DNA of 34,765 nt, taken from the NCBI GenBank assembly GCA_035382785.1, contig DAOTAV010000001.1:1-34765 (forward strand), read 5' to 3'. The translations under genes and the position numbers were made by a program. Position 1 is the stretch's first letter. Each line of letters starts with the position of its first letter. A model generated the notes under the pieces. That model was not told the origin of the DNA, did not search any database, and worked only from the letters and a program-made list of their open reading frames with translations. The stretch comes from Salinivirgaceae bacterium (GTDB lineage Bacteria; Bacteroidota; Bacteroidia; Bacteroidales; Salinivirgaceae). Positions 18,262 to 27,544 of this stretch are shown piece by piece.

Positions 18262-19848
18262 ATGAAACAAAATCGGTTATCTGTCATGACAAACGTATCA
18301 ACTCAACCCATGAGTATATCGAACAAATCAATATCAAACAGAAGCAGACTACACAACACGATTATTAAATTTTCTGTTCTGCTATGTTTTAGCCTTTTGT
18401 TTTTTTCTTCACATCATTTGTTCGCTTCAAACGATACTATTGCCTCCATTGATACCACTGTGGTGAAAGCAGTTGCAGATAGTGCCAATGCAATCGGTTC
18501 GGTTCAATCACCACCAACAAAAATGAAATTATCGTCTATCAGCGATTCTGCCGGCATTTCTCTTATTAGTGTTTTTCGCGGACTTATTGGAATGCTTGTT
18601 ATCATTATCATTGCGTGGTTATTTAGCGTCGATAGAAAATCTATCAATTGGCGAACAGTCATGATTGGTTTAGCCATACAACTAACACTAGCCTTTGGTG
18701 TGTTGTATATCCCCGCCATTCAATGGTTTTTTGAAACAGTTGGGAAATTATTTGTTAAAATACTCGATTTCACAAAAGTAGGGAGTCTATTTCTATTAGG
18801 CGATTTGTTAGACACATCAAAGTTAGGAATGATATTCGCCTTCCAAATTCTTCCCACAATCATCTTTTTTTCTGCCCTCACCAGTGTTCTATTTTATTTG
18901 GGAATTATCCAAAAAATTGTTTACGGATTGGCATGGGTCATGGTCAAAGCTATGCGTTTAGGAGGAGCAGAAAGTTTATCGGTTGCAGGTAATATCTTTC
19001 TTGGACAAACCGAGTCTCCGTTAATGATCAAAGCCTATCTTCCCAATATGAACAAATCAGAAATGTTTTTGGTGATGGTCGGAGGAATGGCTACTGTTGC
19101 AGGAGGCGTTCTGGCGGCATATGTCGGTTTTTTGGGCGGCGACGACCCGGTTCAGCGCGTTATCTTTGCTAAGCACCTTCTCACGGCATCTGTGATGGCA
19201 GCTCCCGGAGCAATTGTTGTAGCAAAAATCATAGTGCCCCAAACAGAAGAAGTGAAAATGGAAGCCGAAGTGACCAAAGAAAAAGTTGGAACCAACATTT
19301 TAGACGCCATGTCAAACGGTACTACCGAAGGCTTGAAACTGGCCGTGAATGTGGGAGCCATGCTTTTAGTGTTTTTCGCTTTTATTGCCATGATAAACTA
19401 TATACTCGTGAAAATTGGAGCTTGGACCAATCTTAACGATGTAATTTTATCAATGACAAACGGTTCGTATAAAGAATTAAATCTTCAGTTTATCCTTGGC
19501 TACACTCTTTCACCATTAATGTATGCCATTGGAGTAAGTTACAAGGATATGGCTATTATGGGACAACTTCTTGGGGAAAAAATCATCTCCAGCGAATTTG
19601 TTGGTTATGTTTCTTTGGCAAAATTCAAAACCATCGGAGCCTTTGCCGAGACTAAGTCGATTTTCATGGCTACTTATATGCTGTGTGGATTTGCTAATTT
19701 TGCAAGTATCGGCATCCAAATTGGAGGAATTGGCTCGTTAGCTCCGACCAAACGAGAATTTTTGTCGAAATATGGTATGCGCGCTTTGGTTGCAGGTTCC
19801 TTGGCTTCTCTACTGTCTGCAACCATTGTAGGTATGATTTTAGGATAA
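18262..19848 (+). CDS. nupC: NupC/CNT-family concentrative nucleoside transporter with N-terminal extension
   Basis: The core from about residue 95 (ISLISVFRGLIGMLVIIIIAWLFSVDRKSINWRTVMIGLAIQL...) is CNT-like, with multiple TM segments through to the C-terminus. The first about 87 aa carry one extra hydrophobic segment. An alternative ATG lies at 18523. Confidence 0.85.
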   Translation: MKQNRLSVMTNVSTQPMSISNKSISNRSRLHNTIIKFSVLLCFSLLFFSSHHLFASNDTIASIDTTVVKAVADSANAIGSVQSPPTKMKLSSISDSAGISLISVFRGLIGMLVIIIIAWLFSVDRKSINWRTVMIGLAIQLTLAFGVLYIPAIQWFFETVGKLFVKILDFTKVGSLFLLGDLLDTSKLGMIFAFQILPTIIFFSALTSVLFYLGIIQKIVYGLAWVMVKAMRLGGAESLSVAGNIFLGQTESPLMIKAYLPNMNKSEMFLVMVGGMATVAGGVLAAYVGFLGGDDPVQRVIFAKHLLTASVMAAPGAIVVAKIIVPQTEEVKMEAEVTKEKVGTNILDAMSNGTTEGLKLAVNVGAMLLVFFAFIAMINYILVKIGAWTNLNDVILSMTNGSYKELNLQFILGYTLSPLMYAIGVSYKDMAIMGQLLGEKIISSEFVGYVSLAKFKTIGAFAETKSIFMATYMLCGFANFASIGIQIGGIGSLAPTKREFLSKYGMRALVAGSLASLLSATIVGMILG

Positions 19849-19868
19849 CTCCATAAAGTCATCGAACT

Positions 19869-20489
19869 TTGGCAGCCAAAAAAAAATATTACGTTGTTTG
19901 GCATGGATATTCACCCGGCATCTACGACAATTGGGAGGATGCCAAACGTCAGGTGACAGGCTTCCCTTGCGCACGATACAAAAGTTTCGAAACCTTTTTC
20001 GATGCCAGGGAAGCCTTTCAAAATCCTCCATCGTTTCTACCTAAACAAAAAATCAAGACCTCACACATATCTGAAGTGGGAGAACCTATTGCCGAAGCCA
20101 TTGCAGTGGACGCTGCATGCAGTAAAAATCCCGGATTAATGGAATATCAAGGGGTATGGGTTGCAAACAAACAACATCTTTTCCGACAAGGGCCATTTCC
20201 TGATGGGACAAACAACATCGGTGAGTTTCTAGCCATTGTTCATGCTTTGGCTCTTTGTAAAAAACAAGGTTGGGATTACCCCATCTACTCCGATTCTAAA
20301 ATTGCCATTCTCTGGGTCAAAAATCAAAAAGCAAAAACCAAAATGCTGAAATCAGCTCAAAACAGCGTTCTTTTCGATTTAATCGAACGAGCCGAATTTT
20401 GGCTGAAGAATAATTCCTACTCAAACCAAGTGTTAAAATGGGAAACCTCGGCATGGGGCGAAATACCAGCCGATTTCGGAAGGAAATAA
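19869..20489 (+). CDS. rnhA: Ribonuclease HI with N-terminal hybrid-binding (viroplasmin-like) domain
   Basis: The N-terminal KKYYVVWHGYSPGIYDNWEDAKRQVTGFPCARYKSFETFFDAREAF is an RNase H1 HBD signature. Catalytic contexts are AVDAACS, NNIGEFLAIVHAL and IYSDSK. The apparent start is TTG; there is no in-frame ATG nearby. Confidence 0.85.
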   Translation: MAAKKKYYVVWHGYSPGIYDNWEDAKRQVTGFPCARYKSFETFFDAREAFQNPPSFLPKQKIKTSHISEVGEPIAEAIAVDAACSKNPGLMEYQGVWVANKQHLFRQGPFPDGTNNIGEFLAIVHALALCKKQGWDYPIYSDSKIAILWVKNQKAKTKMLKSAQNSVLFDLIERAEFWLKNNSYSNQVLKWETSAWGEIPADFGRK

Positions 20490-20493
20490 TTTT

Positions 20494-21096
20494 ATGAAAC
20501 CCTTAAAAATCGTATTGTTCGATAATTACGATTCCTTTACTCACAATCTTTATCATTTATTAGCAACCACTTTCCCAAATTCCCAAATAACGGTACATCG
20601 TAACCACGACCGGCAATTATTTCACCAATCGTTCGATCTGATCATCGGGGGCCCCGGACCATGCACACCTGGAGAAACCGGCATCCTGAAACAACTGTTC
20701 GAAACCCGAATCATAGCCGAACGAATCCCCTTTTTGGGAGTTTGCCTAGGTATGCAATTCATCGCCTGGTACTTCGGCATTCCCTTCCACCGTTCGTCAG
20801 TACCAATCCACGGCGACGCCATTCCTATCCAACATTTAGGAACATCAATTTTCAACAACCTACCGAATAATTTTCCCGTAGCGCGTTACAATTCTCTTGA
20901 GATCAGGGAAAAAGAATTAAAAAACACAGAACTTATAACTCTTGCCACAGAAGAAAAAACCGGTGCTGTAATGGCTCTAAAACATAAATCTCTGCCCCTT
21001 TATGGCATTCAATATCATCCCGAGAGTTTCCTTTCAAAATTTGGGAAAGAGATATTGCTGAATTTCCATAATGAAGTATATCAAAAAAATGATTAA
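20494..21096 (+). CDS. pabA: Aminodeoxychorismate/anthranilate synthase component II (class-I glutamine amidotransferase)
   Basis: 200 aa. Nucleophile elbow GVCLGMQ and the His context YGIQYHPES. It is paired with a chorismate-binding component I immediately downstream. Confidence 0.8.
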   Translation: MKPLKIVLFDNYDSFTHNLYHLLATTFPNSQITVHRNHDRQLFHQSFDLIIGGPGPCTPGETGILKQLFETRIIAERIPFLGVCLGMQFIAWYFGIPFHRSSVPIHGDAIPIQHLGTSIFNNLPNNFPVARYNSLEIREKELKNTELITLATEEKTGAVMALKHKSLPLYGIQYHPESFLSKFGKEILLNFHNEVYQKND

Positions 21097-22423
21097 TAAT
21101 CTTTCTGTAATACAACTTTCCGAAGAATCCATCAATATACCAACGTTGGATCAGGTGATTGTTCTTGTAGAAAAAAACCAAGGTTGCTTTTTGTTCACCT
21201 CGCCCGATAAGGAATTTTCACACATTCGATGGATTGTAGGGTTAAATCCTATCATTACTCATTTTGGAGAAAATATTCAAACCATTGATGGTTTAAACAT
21301 AGAAGTGTCGCCTTTGGAAGGAATCGATGAAATTATCGAACAATCAACCGTAAATCCCGAATGCCCACTATGGTTAGGTTATATCGGATGGGATTTTAAA
21401 GACCGACTTGAAGAACCCGGTCTATTTGCAAGATTATCCGACATATTATTTCCTCCTTGCAGTATGAGCATATACCATCGGGTGATTGTAATTGATTTTC
21501 AGACCCAATCGGCTATTCTATACACCCTTGCCTTAAAAAATACTATTAAACAATTCCCGCCAATTATTCTAAAAACTCAAGACATTCCAACCCATTTCAA
21601 CATATCGAATCTCACAACCAACAAAACGCGTGAACAGTTCATGGCCGATGTTGAGAAAATTCAAGAGTATATTCGCGCAGGCGACATTTATCAGGCCAAC
21701 CTTACACGAAAAATCGAAACCATATATCAAGGTTCAAAGCTACAAATTGTAAAAAATCTTTTAGAATCGAATACAATTGAATTTGGAGCTTTTTTAAATA
21801 CAAAATATGGAACAGTAGTCAGCACAAGTCCCGAACGATTTTTCAAAGTTGAGGGTAGAAGAATTTCAACCTTCCCCATTAAAGGTACTGCCCCACGAAG
21901 CAATGATGTTACAAGCGACCAAGTCATCGCCGATGACCTACTTTCCGACACCAAAAACCGCCGAGAGTTGGCAATGATTGTTGACCTGCTCAGAAACGAT
22001 TTAAGCCGAATATGCAAACCGGGAACAGTAATTGTAGAGAATTTTCCACAACTTTTGACGTTAAACAACGTATTTCATCTTCTGGCTGGCATTGTTGGGG
22101 AACTTGAAGAAATTTCATTTGAAAAAATCATATATGCTATGTTCCCCGGAGGAAGCATCAGCGGTTGTCCAAAAATCAGAGCCATCCAGATCATCGAAGA
22201 AATAGAACAAATTCCCCGAGGAATATACACCGGAACTTTGGGCTACATCAAAAAAAATCATTCCATGGATTTTAACATACTCATCCGTACAGTAATGATT
22301 TCGGGAAATAAACTTTGGTTTAATGTCGGAGGCGGAATCACACTCCTTTCCAATCCCGAACAGGAGTATGAAGAAACTTGCCATAAAGCAAAAAACATCC
22401 TAAACGCTTTACAAAAAAAATAA
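21071..22423 (+). CDS. pabB: Aminodeoxychorismate synthase component I (chorismate-binding enzyme)
   Basis: Motifs SPERFF, IKGTAPR, ELAMIVDLLRNDL, PGGSISGCPK, RGIYTGTLGY and GGGIT. The short N-terminal region and absence of trp genes favour PabB over TrpE. The alternative ATG at 21089 gives an 8-nt overlap with pabA instead of 26 nt. Confidence 0.8.
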   Translation: MKYIKKMINNLSVIQLSEESINIPTLDQVIVLVEKNQGCFLFTSPDKEFSHIRWIVGLNPIITHFGENIQTIDGLNIEVSPLEGIDEIIEQSTVNPECPLWLGYIGWDFKDRLEEPGLFARLSDILFPPCSMSIYHRVIVIDFQTQSAILYTLALKNTIKQFPPIILKTQDIPTHFNISNLTTNKTREQFMADVEKIQEYIRAGDIYQANLTRKIETIYQGSKLQIVKNLLESNTIEFGAFLNTKYGTVVSTSPERFFKVEGRRISTFPIKGTAPRSNDVTSDQVIADDLLSDTKNRRELAMIVDLLRNDLSRICKPGTVIVENFPQLLTLNNVFHLLAGIVGELEEISFEKIIYAMFPGGSISGCPKIRAIQIIEEIEQIPRGIYTGTLGYIKKNHSMDFNILIRTVMISGNKLWFNVGGGITLLSNPEQEYEETCHKAKNILNALQKK

Positions 22424-22452
22424 AACCCCCACTGTTAAATGGTGGGAGTTTT
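22422..22452. terminator. Bidirectional rho-independent terminator between pabB (+) and rpmA (-)
   Basis: AAAACCCCCAC-tgttaaatg-GTGGGAGTTTT is an 11-bp stem with one mismatch and a GC-rich core CCCAC/GTGGG. It is flanked by A8 upstream and a T-run downstream, so a U-tract follows the hairpin on either strand. Confidence 0.55.
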
Positions 22453-22506
22453 ATATAAAATTTTAAACGCTAGTATTGACCGAATAAACGGCTATACTTT
22501 CAATCC

Positions 22507-22767
22507 TTATTCACTTACCGGACGTACTGAAACGTACGATTTGTCGCCGGCTTTCTTACGAAACTCGACAATACCGTCAGTTAAAGCAAACAAAGTGTGA
22601 TCTTTCCCCATTCCGACATTTTCGCCGGGATAATGTTTTGTGCCGCGTTGACGAACGATAATGTTACCGGCAATAGCAAACTGACCACCAAAGATTTTAA
22701 TTCCAAGTCGCTTGCTTTCCGATTCGCGGCCGTTTTTTGAACTCCCTAATCCTTTCTTATGTGCCAT
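22507..22767 (-). CDS. rpmA: 50S ribosomal protein L27
   Basis: [29 protein letters not shown]... is the canonical L27 N-terminus. 86 aa. Confidence 0.97.
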   Translation of the reverse strand: MAHKKGLGSSKNGRESESKRLGIKIFGGQFAIAGNIIVRQRGTKHYPGENVGMGKDHTLFALTDGIVEFRKKAGDKSYVSVRPVSE

Positions 22768-22777
22768 GGTTCAAAAT

Positions 22778-23089
22778 TTAAGCGTTAATTTCATTGATTT
22801 GAATTTGGCTAAAGTATTGGCGATGCCCGTTGCATTTTTGATACCCTTTGCGGCGTTTCTTTTTGAAAACCAACACTTTATCACCTTTAAGGTGCTTCAA
22901 CACAGTGGCGGAAACTTTGGCTCCATTAACTACAGGTGTTCCGACCTTTACCTGGCCGTTATTGTCAACTAAAAGTACCCGATCAAATTCAAGTTTGTCA
23001 CCTTCGTTGCCTTCCAAACGATGAACAAAAATCTTCTGATCTTTCTGTACTTTAAACTGTTGACCGGCAATCTCTACAATTGCGTACAT
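22778..23089 (-). CDS. rplU: 50S ribosomal protein L21
   Basis: [27 protein letters not shown]... is canonical L21. 103 aa. It lies directly upstream of rpmA, the conserved order. Confidence 0.97.
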   Translation of the reverse strand: MYAIVEIAGQQFKVQKDQKIFVHRLEGNEGDKLEFDRVLLVDNNGQVKVGTPVVNGAKVSATVLKHLKGDKVLVFKKKRRKGYQKCNGHRQYFSQIQINEINA

Positions 23090-23127
23090 GTTCGTAATCC
23101 TTTTTTAGGTTATTAAATTTCGGATTG

Positions 23128-23158
23128 CAAAGATAATAGCTTTTTTTTGAAAATCAAT
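23128..23158 (-). promoter_or_regulatory. Candidate promoter of rplU-rpmA
   Basis: Minus-strand TATCTTTG (plus-strand CAAAGATA, 23128..23135) matches TAnnTTTG. An imperfect -33 (ATTG, plus 23155..23158) follows after a 19-nt spacer. It lies about 40 nt upstream of the rplU ATG. Confidence 0.4.
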
Positions 23159-23218
23159 AATTCTAAAGCAGATTTTAAATTAAAACCTTCAAAATATGCA
23201 CAAATAAGAAAAGAAAAA

Positions 23219-23250
23219 TTTGTCGGATAGAAAAAATAAGCATATCTTTG
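23219..23250 (+). promoter_or_regulatory. Candidate promoter of rpsF-rpsR-rplI
   Basis: TTTG at 23219..23222, a 20-nt spacer, then TATCTTTG at 23243..23250. This matches the Bacteroides-type -33/-7 consensus. It lies 44 nt upstream of the rpsF ATG. Confidence 0.5.
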
Positions 23251-23293
23251 CGGTCTCAAAAATAAAAAGGTGAACGTTTAAAATTAGAAAAAA

Positions 23294-23653
23294 ATGAATC
23301 AGTACGAAACCGTTTTCATTGCAAATCCCGTTTTATCTGCAAACCAGATGAAGGAAGCGGTAGAAAAATTCAAATCTCTCATCGTTGATAACGGTGGTGA
23401 GATTGTGCATGAGGAGGACTGGGGGTTACGCAAATTGGCTTACCCGATCCAGAAAAAGACTACCGGATTTTACCATTTATTTGAATTCAAGGCAAATCCG
23501 GAATTCATTCAAAAGCTTGAAATCGAGTATAAACGCGACGAGCGCATTATGCGTTTCCTGACCATAAAACTCGATAAGTATGCGATTGAATACAACGAAC
23601 GCAAACGTTCGAAAAAAAGCGAAGTAGTTGATCAAACAAAAATGGAGGAATAG
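23294..23653 (+). CDS. rpsF: 30S ribosomal protein S6
   Basis: [15 protein letters not shown]...[10 protein letters not shown] is the canonical S6 signature. 119 aa. Confidence 0.95.
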   Translation: MNQYETVFIANPVLSANQMKEAVEKFKSLIVDNGGEIVHEEDWGLRKLAYPIQKKTTGFYHLFEFKANPEFIQKLEIEYKRDERIMRFLTIKLDKYAIEYNERKRSKKSEVVDQTKMEE

Positions 23654-23656
23654 ACA

Positions 23657-23932
23657 ATGGCAGCAGGACAAAATCAAGGCGAAATAAGATATCTAACTCC
23701 GCCAGCAATTGAAATCAAGAAGAAAAAATATTGTCGTTTCCGCAAAAATCGGATTCGCTACATCGATTATAAAGATCCCGAATTCCTCAAAAAATTTGTG
23801 AACGAACAAGGTAAAATCTTACCTAGACGGATCACCGGGACCTCGCTCAAATATCAGCGTCGAGTAGCTCAATCAATTAAACGTGCTCGCCATCTGGCTT
23901 TGTTACCATTTGTAACTGACTTATTAAAGTAA
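23657..23932 (+). CDS. rpsR: 30S ribosomal protein S18
   Basis: KKKYCRF...[50 protein letters not shown] is canonical S18. 91 aa. Confidence 0.95.
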   Translation: MAAGQNQGEIRYLTPPAIEIKKKKYCRFRKNRIRYIDYKDPEFLKKFVNEQGKILPRRITGTSLKYQRRVAQSIKRARHLALLPFVTDLLK

Positions 23933-23953
23933 TCTGATAAAACCGGAAGAATC

Positions 23954-24403
23954 ATGGAAGTAATTCTCAAACAAGATATTCCAACCCTAGGCAATAAAAA
24001 TGATATTGTAACGGTAAAGCCCGGATACGGTAGAAACTACCTAATCCCCAAAGGGTTGGCTATATTGGCTACTCCTTCCTCCATTAAAATGATGGAAGAG
24101 ATGAAACGCCAACAAGCCCATAAAGAAGCTAAGCTTCGTGAAGCTGCTCAAGAACTTGCAAAACAAATTGCAGCTATCGAAAAAATCACCATTGGCGCAA
24201 AAACCAGCACATCAGGTAAAATCTTCGGTTCGGTTAACACCATTCAACTTGCCGAAGCTCTTAACAAAAAAGGATTCAACATCGACCGCAAAAGTATTAT
24301 TATCGATGGTGACTCCATTAAAGAAGTGGGTAGCTACAGCGCCAAAATCAAACTCTACCGCGACGTTGTGGTTACGGTGAATTTTGATGTCGTATCGGAA
24401 TAA
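23954..24403 (+). CDS. rplI: 50S ribosomal protein L9
   Basis: MEVILKQDIPTLGNKNDIVTVKPGYGRNYLIPKGLA is canonical L9. 149 aa. It follows the conserved rpsF-rpsR-rplI order. Confidence 0.95.
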   Translation: MEVILKQDIPTLGNKNDIVTVKPGYGRNYLIPKGLAILATPSSIKMMEEMKRQQAHKEAKLREAAQELAKQIAAIEKITIGAKTSTSGKIFGSVNTIQLAEALNKKGFNIDRKSIIIDGDSIKEVGSYSAKIKLYRDVVVTVNFDVVSE

Positions 24404-24425
24404 CCTAACTTAATAATTTTTTTAA

Positions 24426-24455
24426 GGCTGTTCTAAATCAGGACAGCCTTTTTTT
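24426..24455 (+). terminator. Rho-independent terminator of the rpsF-rpsR-rplI operon
   Basis: GGCTGTTC-taaatca-GGACAGCC is an 8-bp stem with one G.U pair, followed by T7 (24449..24455). It lies 23 nt after the rplI stop. Confidence 0.7.
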
Positions 24456-24479
24456 GTAATTTAGCCCTAAAGATTGACA

Positions 24480-26384
24480 ATGAACCGTTTTGAAGAAATA
24501 TTAAATAAATTCTGGGGGTATCAATCTTTTCGACCACTCCAGCTCGATATTATCGAATCGGTTGCTTCAGGTCGCGACACGTTGGGGTTGTTACCAACCG
24601 GTGGTGGGAAATCGATTACATTTCAGGTTCCTGCTCTTTCCATGCCCGGAATCTGCATTGTAGTCACACCACTTATTGCACTGATGAAAGATCAGGTTCA
24701 AAATCTTAAAGCTAAAAATATTAAAGCGGAAGCAATCTATACCGGGTTAAGCCATTATGAAATTGATACAATATTGAATAATTGTGTTTATGGTAATATA
24801 AAATTTTTGTATGTTTCTCCCGAACGCTTAGGAACAGAGATTTTCCGCGCTCGGCTTCCTGATATGAAAGTCAATCTACTTGCTGTTGACGAAGCTCACT
24901 GTATCTCCCAATGGGGCTACGATTTCAGACCGGCTTATCTCCAAATTGCCGATATCCGCCATTTGATTCCCGGAGTGCCTGTTTTGGCGCTCACAGCCAC
25001 TGCCACTGAAGTTGTGGTTGACGACATACAAAACCGTTTACTCTTTAAACAAAAAAACGTATTTCGAAAAAGTTTCGAACGTAAAAATTTAGTTTATTGG
25101 GTTAAATACAGCGAAAATAAAGAACAAGATTTACTAAAAATCGTAACAAGGAATCAAAATACCGGTATTGTTTATGTGAGAAATCGAAAAAAAACCAAGC
25201 AAGTTGCCGAATTTCTTCAAGAAAACGGAATAAAAGCCGATTACTATCATGCCGGTTTAACTAATGAAATTCGCGACAGCAAACAAAACGCTTGGAAAGA
25301 TGGGATTACTAAGGTTATTGTTGCCACCAACGCCTTTGGAATGGGAATCGACAAACCCGACGTCCGATACGTGGTTCATCTTGATCTTCCCGATTCGCTG
25401 GAAGCCTATTATCAGGAAGCCGGACGTGGCGGCCGCGATGAAAAGGAAGCCCATGCAATACTTTTGTATAATCGTTACGATCGAGCAAAATTACGTCAAA
25501 ACTTAACCAATAGTTTTCCTGATCCGGATTACATTAAAAAAATTTATGATCTCGTTGGGCAATACTATCAAATTGCTGTTGGCGAAGGAAAAGATCTCTC
25601 CTTCAATTTTGAATTGGGCGATTTTATCGCCAAATATCATTTAAACGCCGTTACCACACTGAGTGCTCTGAAAATTCTGGAAATGGAAGGCTATATTGCT
25701 CTCACCGAAGAAGTAAATATTCCTCCCAAAGTCCGATTTTTGGTTAGTCGAGAAAATCTCTACGATTTTGAACTCAAAAACATCCAATACGAAGTATTTA
25801 TCAAACTACTTCTAAGAAATTACAGTGGATTGTTTCACGATTATGTATCCATTGACGAATTTTCCCTGGCAGAAAAATCCAGAACAAGCGTCGAGCTGAT
25901 TCATGAATATTTGGTAGCGTTGGATAAATTAAAAATCATTGATTTCATTCCCCGAAGGAATAAACCACAATTAATGTTTACTGAAGAGAGATTAGATTCG
26001 AAAAGCCTTTATATCTCAAAGGAAAACTACCAATCACGAAAAGAAAACTACCAAACCAAGATAGAGGCAGCCATTCGATATGCAGAAAATCAACACATTT
26101 GCCGCAGTCGTCTTCTCTTGGAATATTTCAGCGATCGATCAGCCGACGATTGCAAACAATGCGACGTATGTAGAAATCAGAAAAAGCATTTTTCAGGAAA
26201 TGAATTCAATCAAATTACACAACAAATCGCTGATTTGCTTAGAGATCAACCTTTATCGCTGCCAACCCTTGTCAACAGTCTGAACCTTCCGGAATCAAAA
26301 GTTTTGGAAGTTCTTAAATGGCTTCTCGACCAAAATAAAATTGTGAGAGATAAAAATGGTAATTTTACATCGGCTAAACAATAA
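24480..26384 (+). CDS. recQ: ATP-dependent DNA helicase RecQ
   Basis: FRPLQLDII, LLPTGGGKS (Walker A), DEAHCISQWGYDFRPAY (DEAH box plus RecQ aromatic loop), LTATAT, and the RecQ-Ct zinc cluster CRSRLLLEYF...CKQCDVC. I prefer ATG at 24480 over the TTG at 24474. Confidence 0.9.
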   Translation: MNRFEEILNKFWGYQSFRPLQLDIIESVASGRDTLGLLPTGGGKSITFQVPALSMPGICIVVTPLIALMKDQVQNLKAKNIKAEAIYTGLSHYEIDTILNNCVYGNIKFLYVSPERLGTEIFRARLPDMKVNLLAVDEAHCISQWGYDFRPAYLQIADIRHLIPGVPVLALTATATEVVVDDIQNRLLFKQKNVFRKSFERKNLVYWVKYSENKEQDLLKIVTRNQNTGIVYVRNRKKTKQVAEFLQENGIKADYYHAGLTNEIRDSKQNAWKDGITKVIVATNAFGMGIDKPDVRYVVHLDLPDSLEAYYQEAGRGGRDEKEAHAILLYNRYDRAKLRQNLTNSFPDPDYIKKIYDLVGQYYQIAVGEGKDLSFNFELGDFIAKYHLNAVTTLSALKILEMEGYIALTEEVNIPPKVRFLVSRENLYDFELKNIQYEVFIKLLLRNYSGLFHDYVSIDEFSLAEKSRTSVELIHEYLVALDKLKIIDFIPRRNKPQLMFTEERLDSKSLYISKENYQSRKENYQTKIEAAIRYAENQHICRSRLLLEYFSDRSADDCKQCDVCRNQKKHFSGNEFNQITQQIADLLRDQPLSLPTLVNSLNLPESKVLEVLKWLLDQNKIVRDKNGNFTSAKQ

Positions 26385-26387
26385 CTC

Positions 26388-26951
26388 ATGGAACAATCCG
26401 AAATTCAGCAAAGAGCCATTGTCGATTTTATTTCGCTTTCGGGCGAATATTGTCAGGTGTGCAATAAACTTTACAAACTCACCCCGAAACAATTTGCCGG
26501 ATTTTTATTGAGGATTCTTCCTATGTTATACCTTAAAGTACAGCAATTACCCGACTATGACAATTACGATCCTGATATGGTGGAAAAATTTGTCACTGAG
26601 GAAGAGTGGAAAAAAATTCAACTGCACTCATCAATTTTATTCGGCAAATATGATCAATATTACGAGAGTGATGTACGCACCAATCAATTCGAACACAAAT
26701 ACATCTCTGAAAACCTGGCCGATATCTACCAAGATTTAAAAGATTTCACCCAACTAGTTGCATTAGGATTGGAAGAAAGTCTGATAGAAGCCATTGGCGA
26801 AGTTAAAAAAAACTTTAAGCTATATTGGGGGCAACCCCTGGTGAACAGCCTAAGAGTGTTACATCATCTCTATTTTTCAGAACTCCTATCCGACACCCTT
26901 TTGATTGAGAACCCCACAGACGAAACACCAAAATCACTTTTCGATGACTGA
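26388..26951 (+). CDS. Conserved hypothetical protein, probably DUF5063 family
   Basis: 187 aa, acidic, no TM segment or signal peptide. From memory, DUF5063 genes sit next to a 3'-5' exonuclease gene in Bacteroidales. The family assignment was not verified by search. Translationally coupled to both neighbours (3-nt gap upstream, 8-nt overlap downstream). Confidence 0.5.
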   Translation: MEQSEIQQRAIVDFISLSGEYCQVCNKLYKLTPKQFAGFLLRILPMLYLKVQQLPDYDNYDPDMVEKFVTEEEWKKIQLHSSILFGKYDQYYESDVRTNQFEHKYISENLADIYQDLKDFTQLVALGLEESLIEAIGEVKKNFKLYWGQPLVNSLRVLHHLYFSELLSDTLLIENPTDETPKSLFDD

Positions 26952-27534
26952 AAAACCGCTAAGTCAGGAAGAAATTCTTCAGCTACCGCTCCAATATTTC
27001 GAAGGACAGATTTTACTTATCGATTCTATTCCCGATTTAAAAAATGTGATTCAATCCCTACAATGTTCTTCGGTTTTAGGTTTTGACACCGAAACCAAAC
27101 CTTCGTTTAGAAAAGGACACACGAATAGCGTAGCATTAGTTCAATTATGTGACGGAAAAACCGCATTTCTTATTCGACTGCACCATCGTGAATTTGTGCA
27201 ACAGCTGCGGACAATTTTTGAAAATCCCTCCATAATTAAAGCCGGAGTGGCAATCCACGACGATCTTAAAGGTCTTAAAAAACTTTATAATTTTGTACCG
27301 AATGGATTTGTTGAATTACAAACAATGGCAAAAGAAATGGGATATTCGGAAATCAGTCTAAAGAAAATGACCGCCCGTTTTCTCCATTTCAGAATTTCAA
27401 AAAATCAGCAAACCTCCAACTGGAACTCGCAAAACCTCACCCATGCCCAACAAATTTACGCAGCCACTGACGCTTGGGTTTCCTATCTGATATACAACAA
27501 ATTAACAGAATTAAAAAAGCAAAACCAAAAATAA
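26944..27534 (+). CDS. DEDDy-type 3'-5' exonuclease (RNase D / WRN-exonuclease-like domain)
   Basis: Exo I LGFDTETKP, Exo II IKAGVAIHDDLKGL, Exo III YAATDAWVSYLIY (YX3D). I place the start at ATG 26944 (MTEKPLSQEE), overlapping the upstream stop, rather than the ORF-track TTG at 26905. Confidence 0.8.
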   Translation: MTEKPLSQEEILQLPLQYFEGQILLIDSIPDLKNVIQSLQCSSVLGFDTETKPSFRKGHTNSVALVQLCDGKTAFLIRLHHREFVQQLRTIFENPSIIKAGVAIHDDLKGLKKLYNFVPNGFVELQTMAKEMGYSEISLKKMTARFLHFRISKNQQTSNWNSQNLTHAQQIYAATDAWVSYLIYNKLTELKKQNQK

Positions 27535-27544
27535 CAGTAGCAAC

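Noticed and set aside
18262-18522. The N-terminal 87-aa extension of the nucleoside transporter as a mis-called start or a separate small gene
   Set aside because: Starting at ATG 18523 would leave about 290 nt non-coding in an otherwise very compact operon. The extension also contains a plausible extra TM/signal segment (FSVLLCFSLLFFSSHHLF). I kept the long form but flag the alternative start in the feature.
21727-22384. Minus-strand ORFs 21727..22068 (113 aa) and 22115..22384 (89 aa) inside pabB; also 12250..12588 inside tamB and 22712..22972 across rpmA/rplU
   Set aside because: All are antisense shadows of genes with strong family motifs.
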